The notes below the pieces were generated by a model, which ran no database searches, was not told the DNA's origin, and saw nothing but the letters and a program-made list of their open reading frames with translations. The position numbers and the translations under genes are program-made. Of a DNA stretch of 48,370 nt, positions 39,520-47,020 are shown piece by piece (position 1 is the stretch's first letter; every line of letters begins with the position of its first letter). The stretch comes from Bdellovibrionota bacterium FG-2 (GTDB lineage: Bacteria; Bdellovibrionota; UBA1018): NCBI GenBank assembly GCA_051382305.1, contig JBBCAV010000317.1, forward strand, positions 1 through 48,370. Direction: 5' to 3'.

Positions 39520-41067
39520 ATGAAACGGATCAAACTGTTTCGCATTCTTCTCGAAGAAACCGCGCATTTGGGCTCCTTGGATGAGGTTTGCCAGGCTGTT
39601 TTACGCCACCTCCCAATGCCGGTCGGTTTTTCGATGGCGGTCCTTTCCGTTTATGACCCCGAGCGTGATGTTTTGGTCGTCAAGGCTTCAAAGGGATTGC
39701 CCGAAGTCATGGCCCGTGGCCCCACGGAATTCGCCGCTAGCTGGCTTCTGTCAGGTTCTGCTTCAAAGAATGGGGAGGCGCTGATTGTTCGAGATTTGGA
39801 GCGAGAATTTGGCTCGAAACTCAGATTCGCCAAAGAGTTTGGGATCAAGACTTTTGTTTGCGTGCCTATCGTTTTTCATAAAAAAATGTTGGGAGTTTTG
39901 GGTTTTGCAAATCAAGAACCAGTGGAATTTGAAGATTCTGAACTCGCTTGGTACGAAGACGTTGCCGCTTTTGCCTCGTGTTTGCTTGAGCAGAAGAAAG
40001 CGAATGAAGATCTTCGTGTTGCAGAAGCTCGTTTGAATGAGGCGCAAAGGCTTGCCGCCGTTGGCAGCTGGGAACGAAATATTAAAACAAACGCCTCTAC
40101 CTGGAGTGCGGAAACCTATCGGATTTTGGGGGTTGATCCTTCTCTGCCGCCCTTGTTTGAGACCTTTTTGTCCCGCGTTCATCCAGATGACCGCGGGGTC
40201 CTCAATGAGGCGCTCGCGAACGCCTTGGAGAAAGACATTCCTTATAATCTAGATTTTAGAACCAAATCCCTTGAAGGGATTGAAAGAATCTTAAATTCAA
40301 GGGCGCAACTTAAGCGAGATTCTCTTGGAAATCCAACGGCTCTTCTTGGGACTATTCAGGACATCACCGCACGTAAGGCGATAGAAAGGGAAAAAGACTT
40401 CTTCTTGGCGACGCTTTCGCATGAACTGCGAACTCCTTTGACGGCCATTATGGCATGGGCGGATCTTTTGGCTGACAAAATGCTTGATCCGAAAACCTTT
40501 GAAAAAGGGATCGCGCTTGTTCAGAAGAGTGCTCGCACCCAGGCGCGTTTGATCGAAGATCTTTTGGATGTTTCGAGAATTATTTCGGGCAAGATTTCTT
40601 TGGATCTGCGTAAGGTTTCCTTGGATCCATTTTTAGAAGCGCTTTCGGGTACATTCTCGCCTTTGATGAAGCCAAAAGAGATAAATTGGGAATGTCGCTC
40701 CGTCGTCAAGGGGCTCGAGGTGACAGCGGATCCTGCTCGAGTACAGCAAATTTTGTCAAATCTCATCAATAATGCTTTGAAGTTCACACCCCCCGGAGGC
40801 AGCATCACTCTTTTCACGCGTGAGAATTTAGGAAGAATTGAGATTCGCGTTAGGGATACGGGAGATGGAATTCCGGCAGATTTTTTACCTAGGATTTTTC
40901 AGCGCTTTTCTCAGGCCGATACGAGTTTTACGAAAAAGCATGGTGGGTTGGGACTTGGGTTGGCGATTTGTCAGGGTTTGGTAGAAATGATGGGTGGTGC
41001 AATCCGAGCAGAAAGTCCAGGGCCGGGCAAGGGTGCCACGTTCACGGTAGAGTTACCTAAGGCGTAA
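39520..41067 (+). CDS. Cytoplasmic GAF-PAS sensor histidine kinase
   Basis: GAF (CVPIV…GVL), PAS/PAC (GSWE…VHPDDR…GTIQDITARK), SHELRTPL, NLINNALKFT, DTGDGI, GGLGLGL. Confidence 0.93.
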   Translation: MKRIKLFRILLEETAHLGSLDEVCQAVLRHLPMPVGFSMAVLSVYDPERDVLVVKASKGLPEVMARGPTEFAASWLLSGSASKNGEALIVRDLEREFGSKLRFAKEFGIKTFVCVPIVFHKKMLGVLGFANQEPVEFEDSELAWYEDVAAFASCLLEQKKANEDLRVAEARLNEAQRLAAVGSWERNIKTNASTWSAETYRILGVDPSLPPLFETFLSRVHPDDRGVLNEALANALEKDIPYNLDFRTKSLEGIERILNSRAQLKRDSLGNPTALLGTIQDITARKAIEREKDFFLATLSHELRTPLTAIMAWADLLADKMLDPKTFEKGIALVQKSARTQARLIEDLLDVSRIISGKISLDLRKVSLDPFLEALSGTFSPLMKPKEINWECRSVVKGLEVTADPARVQQILSNLINNALKFTPPGGSITLFTRENLGRIEIRVRDTGDGIPADFLPRIFQRFSQADTSFTKKHGGLGLGLAICQGLVEMMGGAIRAESPGPGKGATFTVELPKA

Positions 41068-41070
41068 AAA

Positions 41071-41094
41071 GGAGAATAGTATGGAGAATAGTAT
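41071..41094 (+). repeat. 12-bp tandem duplication of RBS and start context
   Basis: GGAGAATAGTAT GGAGAATAGTAT gives in-frame ATGs at 41081 and 41093. Confidence 0.9.
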
Positions 41095-42499
41095 GATGAA
41101 ATGGATTCGCGGTGGAACGATTATTACAGCAACAGAGATTTTTGTGGGAGAGCTTCTGGCGAAAGATGGAGAGATTGTCGCTCTTGGCAAGGATCTTAGA
41201 GCGCTGACCAGCGGTGCAGTCGAAGAAATCGATGCAGGCGGGCTTTACGTGTTTCCGGGTGCGATCGATGCGCATACTCATTTCGATCTCCCTTTTATGG
41301 GAACTGCAAGCTCGGATGATTTTAAGACAGGAACGCTTGCGGCCGCGGCCGGCGGGACGACATCGGTCATTGATTTTGCCATTCAATCGCGTGGGCGTCC
41401 ACTAGCTGAGGCCGTTTCTCAGTGGCATGAAAAGGCCGCTGGAAAGGCCGCAATTGATTACGGTTTTCATCTCGCGGTGACTGATTATAATGAGTCGGTT
41501 GAAGCGGAGCTTCCGAAGATCATCGAACAAGGGATTACTTCGTTTAAGTGTTTCACGGCCTACAAGAATGCCCTCATGATTGATGATGGTCAGCTTTTTA
41601 ATGTGATGAATCGGATGAAGGCCCTGGGGGGAATGGTAAGTCTGCATGCCGAACACGGCGACCTCATTGATGTTCTCGCCAAGCGGTACTTAATGGCTGG
41701 GAAAACAGATCCGGTGTTCCACGAGCTTGCTCATACGGCAATAGGCGAGGGCGAGGCTACCCATCGCGCAATTGCGCTTTCACGCATTGCAGGCGTGCCG
41801 GTTTACATCGTTCACCTTACTTGTAATGAAGCGCTTCAAGCGATCAAAGATAGCGTGAGCCGCTATCGGCACCCGGTGCTTGCTGAAACGTGTCCTCAGT
41901 ATTTGCTGCTTGATCGTGAGGTCTATGAAAAGGCTGATTTTGAGGGGGCAAAGTACGTGATGTCTCCTCCCATTCGCACACGCGCGGATCAGGAAGCGCT
42001 TTGGGCGGGCTTGCGTGATGGATTTTTGCAGGTGGTAGCGACCGATCATTGTCCGTTCTTTTTTAAGGGCCAGAAAGAAAAGGGTCGTGGCGATTTTTCG
42101 AAGATTCCAAACGGCGGCCCGGGTGTAGAAGATCGTTTCAAGTTGATGTATACTTATGGGGTAGATAAGGGGCGAATTTCGCTGAACCGTTTTGTTCAGG
42201 TGATGTGCTCCAATCCTGCGCGCATTTTTGGAATGTCCAAGAAGGGAAACCTGACTCCCGGCTGTGATGCGGATATCGTACTTTTTGATCCTTTAACCAA
42301 AGGTGTGATTTCAGCCAAGAGTCACCACCATAATTGTGATTACTCCTTGTTTGAGGGCTACGAAACCAAGGGTGAGATCGTGGGCGTGCTCTCGCGTGGG
42401 GATTGGGTTGTGAAGGATAAGAAAGTTGTGGGCGCTCCGGGCCGGGGTAAGTATGTGCCGCGCACTAAGTTTGATCCGATGACGGGGTATGTGAGATAG
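41093..42499 (+). CDS. hydA: Dihydropyrimidinase / D-hydantoinase
   Basis: PGAIDAHTH, GGTTSVIDF, SFK, HAE, VH, ETCPQYL, MSPP.R, TDHCPF, KIPNG. Alternative start 41081. Confidence 0.93.
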   Translation: MMKWIRGGTIITATEIFVGELLAKDGEIVALGKDLRALTSGAVEEIDAGGLYVFPGAIDAHTHFDLPFMGTASSDDFKTGTLAAAAGGTTSVIDFAIQSRGRPLAEAVSQWHEKAAGKAAIDYGFHLAVTDYNESVEAELPKIIEQGITSFKCFTAYKNALMIDDGQLFNVMNRMKALGGMVSLHAEHGDLIDVLAKRYLMAGKTDPVFHELAHTAIGEGEATHRAIALSRIAGVPVYIVHLTCNEALQAIKDSVSRYRHPVLAETCPQYLLLDREVYEKADFEGAKYVMSPPIRTRADQEALWAGLRDGFLQVVATDHCPFFFKGQKEKGRGDFSKIPNGGPGVEDRFKLMYTYGVDKGRISLNRFVQVMCSNPARIFGMSKKGNLTPGCDADIVLFDPLTKGVISAKSHHHNCDYSLFEGYETKGEIVGVLSRGDWVVKDKKVVGAPGRGKYVPRTKFDPMTGYVR

Positions 42500-42698
42500 G
42501 TCCGGCTAGTGGCCATTTAGGCCGAAAACTGGATTCCAGTGCCATTTGGAAAATACCAAACCAAGCGCCCTCTTCGTGAGTGTTACCTTCGGTTAATGCT
42601 GTGCCCGAAGCCTCCTCACGTTTATCTTAAGTAGGATTCGACAAGATTAACTAGAAAATCCAAAATCCTGAATAAGACGCAGAGTGTTCAGGTATTTT

Positions 42699-44626
42699 GG
42701 TAGGTAGGCGGCGCACCTTACGGCGGCCGCCCCCATTAAAACCGGACTGGCGGTTTTCCCGCATCCGGCTTCCTCACTGACACGCTCGAGGGCTTATCGC
42801 CCTTTCGCCTCAAACAAAGAACAAGTTCCTCATGTGAGGATGATTTGGAAAACCGAGTTTCTCCAGGACTTCACCAAGACGCTTCCACGTGATGCTTCTC
42901 TTCTGGCTTCGCCGATTCAGCCACTTAAAGAGCATGCGTCGCACTTCCCGAAGGAATTGTTTCGCACGCCTTTGGTTGTCATTCACGGCGAAGTAGTTGA
43001 GGTATCCACGTACCACTTGTGTGATACGCTTCAGCAGAGTTTTCTCGTGGCGGTGCTTTTTGATGTGGGCTTGAATCTCCGAGAGTTTCTTTCTGAAACG
43101 TTTCGGACATGTCCGCCTTTTGATGCGCCAGAAGTGCACAGCCGCTTTTCTGTTCCAAGCTGTTCCCCAAACATGCAGGAAACCGAGGAACACGAACGTG
43201 GGCATTCTGCGCCCCTGTTTTGCGTATCTTGCGGCCATTTTCTGCCCGCACGGTAGCACCTTTGTCTTGTCTTCGTTCATAGAGATCCCAAAGCTCTTCA
43301 GTCGTTCCGCGAGTCTCAGGCGAAACCTCTCGGCTTCACTCAGGTCTCGGAAAGTGAAGACCGCGTCGTCTGCGTATCGAACCAGCCGTGCGCCTCCACC
43401 CATTTCCTGGCTGTTAAGCCAGTGGAACCAGATATCCATCACGTAATGGAGATAGAGATTGGCGATGATCGGTGAGAGGATTGATCCTTGGGGGGACCCC
43501 ACCTCGTTGCGTTCGATCACGCCATCCGACTTAAGAGTTGGGGCCTGAATCATTTTGATGATGAGATGTAAGAATCTCTGATCTTCAATCTTGAGCTTAA
43601 GCAGCCGAATAAGCGGCTCATGCGGGATCGTGTTGAAATATTTCCGGAGATCAATCTCCAATATCGCTCCACAATCCTTGCTCTTGAGATTTCCCCCTAG
43701 TGCCACGAGTGCTGTATCGCATCCGCGTCTCGGGCGAAATCCGTGTGAGCAGTCCAAGAATATTGGTTCATAGATTCGTTCGAGAACTTGACGTAGAGCC
43801 TCCTGAACGATCTTGTCTTCGTGGCAAGAAATCGCCAGAGGGCGCGTACTCCCATCCGTTTTCGGAATCTCTACGATTCGCGATGCTTGTGGATGGTACG
43901 AGCCTCTGCGCACCTTCATCAGCAAATCCTTCAGATTTTGGTCGAGATTTTCCTCATAATCCTCCTTTGTCACTCCGTCTATGCCCACCGCTTTCGCTCC
44001 GTCCAGCGCATGATGGCACCGTCCCAGCATTTCTAGGTCAAGCAGATGTCCAAGATTATTGAACGTCGCTTTCCTATCCTGCCGGGATCTTTGTTCTACG
44101 CGGTCAAGTTTTGTGTGCAAGTTCGATTGGTCCCTATGCTGTGTGGACACGCCTTGTTTCCCTCTTCCGTTTGTTAGTTACTGAGAGACCTTCTCTCCAC
44201 AGGCGTTGACCTGCTTCTACGGTACTACGCTCCCTCCGTCATCTCGCGGCCCGTCCGGTACGCTTCGGATTTCCCCTTTGCCGTACCTTGACGACTTCAT
44301 GTCGAGGCCGCGAGACTTCCCGTGTTGACTGCAACATCTCTCCACGCCCGCAAGGCTCTTAGACCCCGCCGTGGCCCTACCCCTCGCTTAACGGGTCAGG
44401 CTGTAGGCTTCACTCAATAAACACTGTTTGGCCCCATTCCGGAATTTTAGAAACTGTCGGGGCTGAATCGCTTCAGGCTTACGCTTTCAAGCTGGCGTGG
44501 TTCGCTCCATACGCTTCGTGCTCCCGTCACCGGGATTGGTCACGCAATGTTCGCTACGACATGGTTTGCTCTCCTTTGTCTGCGGGACTTACACCCGCAA
44601 GATGTTGCGCCCTTGGCACGGCGCAC
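42699..44626 (-). mobile_element. Group II intron, probably bacterial class E, full length (3' end at 42699 or 42700)
   Basis: 5' end GTGCG at 44626. Domain V GAAGCCGGATGCGGGAAAACCGCCAGTCCGGTTTT at about 42738-42772. Domain VI hairpin with a bulged A, ending CCTAC(C). Internal RT ORF. Confidence 0.93.
42810..44150 (-). CDS. ltrA: Group II intron reverse transcriptase/maturase with no endonuclease domain
   Basis: IPKTDG.TRPL, EDKIVQ, SHGFRP, GSPQGSILSP, RYADD, and X domain GYLNYF…WLNRRSQK. Confidence 0.95.
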   Translation of the reverse strand: MSTQHRDQSNLHTKLDRVEQRSRQDRKATFNNLGHLLDLEMLGRCHHALDGAKAVGIDGVTKEDYEENLDQNLKDLLMKVRRGSYHPQASRIVEIPKTDGSTRPLAISCHEDKIVQEALRQVLERIYEPIFLDCSHGFRPRRGCDTALVALGGNLKSKDCGAILEIDLRKYFNTIPHEPLIRLLKLKIEDQRFLHLIIKMIQAPTLKSDGVIERNEVGSPQGSILSPIIANLYLHYVMDIWFHWLNSQEMGGGARLVRYADDAVFTFRDLSEAERFRLRLAERLKSFGISMNEDKTKVLPCGQKMAARYAKQGRRMPTFVFLGFLHVWGTAWNRKAAVHFWRIKRRTCPKRFRKKLSEIQAHIKKHRHEKTLLKRITQVVRGYLNYFAVNDNQRRAKQFLREVRRMLFKWLNRRSQKRSITWKRLGEVLEKLGFPNHPHMRNLFFV

Positions 44627-44763
44627 GTTTAAGTTTTTCTAGCCTGATCCGATAGCGGTAATAGATCTTCTTTCTATTATCGTCCATTTAGATCACCTCC
44701 TTTCTTTTTACGAAGAAGGGAGGTGGTTCCATCCACTCTGCTTGGTTTGGCGAGAGCCGCGAG

Positions 44764-44780
44764 AGCAAATTCGATACCAG
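44764..44780 (-). promoter_or_regulatory. Putative sigma54 promoter
   Basis: CTGGTATCGAATTTGCT with GG-N10-GC and TTGC. Predicted +1 near 44753, next to the 5' arm of the inverted repeat. Confidence 0.55.
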
Positions 44781-44949
44781 CAATTTACGCCATAAAAGAC
44801 TGCGTCGGTGTCTCAGAATCGGATTCGCTGGCTGAAAAATAGGCTAATAGGACCGCGCGAAACTCCCATTTCCTCAACGGTTATATACAACCCGGACGAC
44901 TATGCGCCTGCAAAAAAGCCCCCCCCCACAATTATCAAAAGGAGACAAC

Positions 44950-45208
44950 ATGGACTTAAAAAACTGGCATTACTATTTACGTTATCAACCGTACTTCTAA
45001 TGGGTTGCGCCACACTTCAAGGCGTCACTTCAGGACAAACAGGCTGTGATGAGGCCGACATCGAAATCATCAAAGACAGCGGAACCTCGTTCTTCAATGG
45101 TAGCCGCACTTGGATGGCTCGCTGTAAAAAAATAAAGAATTTGTCTGCAGCTCGTACAAAATAGAAAACAAAGGTGAAAATCTTTCCTGCAAAGAGCGCG
45201 TAAAATAG
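44950..45208 (+). pseudogene. Small Cys-rich lipoprotein with two poly-A frameshifts
   Basis: AAGGAG RBS before ATG 44950. Adding one A at each of A6 (44958-63) and A7 (45126-32) gives MDLKKLALLFTLSTVLLMG-CATLQ…GC…WMARCK.NKEFVC…LSCKERVK*. Confidence 0.6.
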
Positions 45209-45229
45209 TGCGGGGTTGATAATCGATTT

Positions 45230-45306
45230 TGGAGCGGGCAAAGGGGCTCGAACCCTCGACCTCAAGCTTGGGAAGCTCGCGCTCTAGCCAACTGAGCTAC
45301 GCCCGC
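45230..45306 (-). tRNA. tRNA-Gly (CCC)
   Basis: GCGGGCGTAGCTCAGTTGGCTAGAGCG…TTCCCAA…GGTTCGAGCCCCTTTGCCCGCTCCA: cloverleaf, T-loop GTTCGA, encoded CCA. Confidence 0.96.
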
Positions 45307-45323
45307 TCACTACCGATTGCACC

Positions 45324-45352
45324 AACCTAGCGCATTCCCGGCCCAGGATCAA
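45324..45352 (-). promoter_or_regulatory. Putative sigma70 promoter for the tRNA
   Basis: TTGATC-N17-TAGGTT just upstream of the tRNA. Confidence 0.4.
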
Positions 45353-45356
45353 GCTC

Positions 45357-46952
45357 CTAGCAAGCCGAGCAGTGTTCTATCACCTGAGCGGACCGACTCC
45401 GATCCCGATACACCGAGATCCCCTTACAACCTAACAGAAATGCCATCCAATAAGCCTCCGCCACATCCTCGGGTCCAGCCGACTCTTTCAAATTCACCGT
45501 TTTAGAGACCGCACTGTCTGAAAAGCGCTGAAAAACGGCCTGCATCTCAACGTGACCCCGAATCGACACTTTCGACGCCGGACACCACGCCTCTTTTCCA
45601 GCGTGAGGATGCCGCTCACTAAGCCGCTCACCCGCAAGAACGTTTCGAAACACGTTTTCTCCAAAAATGGGCTCAATTCCGCTTGAAACTCCCGCCAACA
45701 GACTTAGCGTTCCCGTCGGCGCCACGGTAGTGACCGTCGCGTTCCGAAGTGGGGGATATCCCAGATCCCGCCACAAGCTCTGAGAAAATCCTTTAAAACA
45801 CCCTTTTTTTTCGGCTACTTCAGCTGATGCACGCTTCGCCTCACGATCAATAAACGCCATCACTCGCTCGCCGAAACTGCGCGCCTCGGCCGAGTCATAA
45901 TAAATGCCCATTTCAAGCAGTAAATCTGCAAATCCCATCACGCCCAAGCCGATTTTTCGATTCCGATGGGCTATGCGCCGACACGCTTCTACGGGATGAG
46001 AATTTAGGTCCACTACATTGTCTAAAAACCTCACAGCGACCGCCACATCGGTCGCAAGCTGCTCCCAATTAAGGCCGCCCTTCAACTTATATTTTATCAA
46101 ATTCAAAGAACCCAAATTGCAGGACTCATAGGCCAAAAGCGGCTGCTCGCCGCAGGGATTGGTGCTCACAAAATCCCCTAAACTCGGCGTCGGATTAAAT
46201 CCATTCATTCGATCCAAAAATACAACGCCCGGATCCCCACTCTCCCAGGCTGCCAAAACAATCCGATCAAAAACCTCGCGACACGAAACTTCCCTGACCG
46301 AGGCACACGTCGCCGGATCTCCTAAAGAAAAAGAGCCGCCACGCTTGAGCGAACTCATAAAGGCATCGGTCACGCCGACCGATAAATTAAAATTCGCCAA
46401 CTCCTTTCCGCCAGCCTTCATCTGGATGAACTCAAAAATATCGGGGTGATCCACCCGTAAAACACCCATATTAGCGCCACGACGAGCGCCGCCCTGCTTG
46501 ATGGTCTCAGTGGTCGTATCGAAAATTCTAAGAAACGAAACTGGACCCGACGCCACCCCTGCAGTAGATCGCACTGCACTTCCCTTGGGCCTAAGATTCG
46601 AAAAAGAAAAACCCGTTCCGCCCCCTGATTGGTGAATAAGCGCTGCGCACTTTAGTGTCTCAAAAATTCCCCCCAAAGAGTCCTCAATGGGCAAAACAAA
46701 ACACGCCGCCAACTGCGCTCGCTCCCTGCCAGCATTCAATAGCGTGGGAGTGTTTGGCAAAAACCGGAGCTGCTGCATCATCTCAAAAAAGGTGCGCGCC
46801 CATTTCTCCCGCCCGCGACCCTCGCCAGTTGCGACAAATGAGGCCACGCGCCATAAAATCTCCTCAGGCGTTTCGGTAAATCGCCCCTGTGCGTCACGCC
46901 GCAAAAAACGCTTTTCGAAAACAATCTTCGCATTTTTCGTTAATCGCAACAC
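45357..46952 (-). CDS. nrdJ: Class II (adenosylcobalamin-dependent) ribonucleotide reductase, compact form
   Basis: FLPNTPTLLNAG, QLAACFV, QGGARRGANM, TNPCGEQPL, CNLGS, APTGT, SKTVN, and C-terminal CSAC. Start GTG 46952 or TTG 46949. Confidence 0.92.
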   Translation of the reverse strand: MLRLTKNAKIVFEKRFLRRDAQGRFTETPEEILWRVASFVATGEGRGREKWARTFFEMMQQLRFLPNTPTLLNAGRERAQLAACFVLPIEDSLGGIFETLKCAALIHQSGGGTGFSFSNLRPKGSAVRSTAGVASGPVSFLRIFDTTTETIKQGGARRGANMGVLRVDHPDIFEFIQMKAGGKELANFNLSVGVTDAFMSSLKRGGSFSLGDPATCASVREVSCREVFDRIVLAAWESGDPGVVFLDRMNGFNPTPSLGDFVSTNPCGEQPLLAYESCNLGSLNLIKYKLKGGLNWEQLATDVAVAVRFLDNVVDLNSHPVEACRRIAHRNRKIGLGVMGFADLLLEMGIYYDSAEARSFGERVMAFIDREAKRASAEVAEKKGCFKGFSQSLWRDLGYPPLRNATVTTVAPTGTLSLLAGVSSGIEPIFGENVFRNVLAGERLSERHPHAGKEAWCPASKVSIRGHVEMQAVFQRFSDSAVSKTVNLKESAGPEDVAEAYWMAFLLGCKGISVYRDRSRSAQVIEHCSAC

Positions 46953-47020
46953 ACACCCCCTTAAGCAAGCATACCAGAACTTGCGCGGAATTCGCGACTT
47001 CGGTAGGCTAATTTTAATAA

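Larger units (their letters stand above)
42556..44750 (-). other. Intron-interrupted small structured transcript carrying a small ORF (exons 44750-44627 and about 42699-42556)
   Basis: 11-bp inverted repeat at the two ends (42556-42566 and 44740-44750), SD-containing hairpin 44691-44728, ATG 44687, and 3' hairpin 42575-42620. Confidence 0.5.

Noticed and set aside
42575-42620. Imperfect palindrome next to a group II intron, considered as an integron attC site
   Set aside because: No RYYYAAC/GTTRRRY core pair, no integrase and no cassette array. The RT also does not look like a class C attC-targeting type.
10413-42690. In-frame TGA codons (HNH gene at 10413; small ORF at 42688) as evidence of a recoded genetic code
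   Set aside because: Intact genes use TGG for Trp, and many end in TGA with ATGA overlaps.
42810-44150. RT considered as a retron, DGR or CRISPR-associated RT
   Set aside because: It has a maturase X domain and lies within GTGCG…domain V/VI boundaries. No TR/VR repeat pair, cas genes or arrays were seen.
44691-44705. GATCACCTCCTTTCT, identical to the canonical 16S rRNA 3' end
   Set aside because: No flanking rRNA sequence. It is better explained as the complement of a maximal SD on the minus strand.
44783-44810. TTATGGCGTAAAT (minus strand) as the XerD arm of a dif site
   Set aside because: Spacing is wrong and there is no matching XerC arm (ATAA-N6-TTAT).
42500-45230. Integrative island at the tRNA-Gly 3' end
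   Set aside because: No integrase and no duplicated tRNA 3' end (att site) found in the window.
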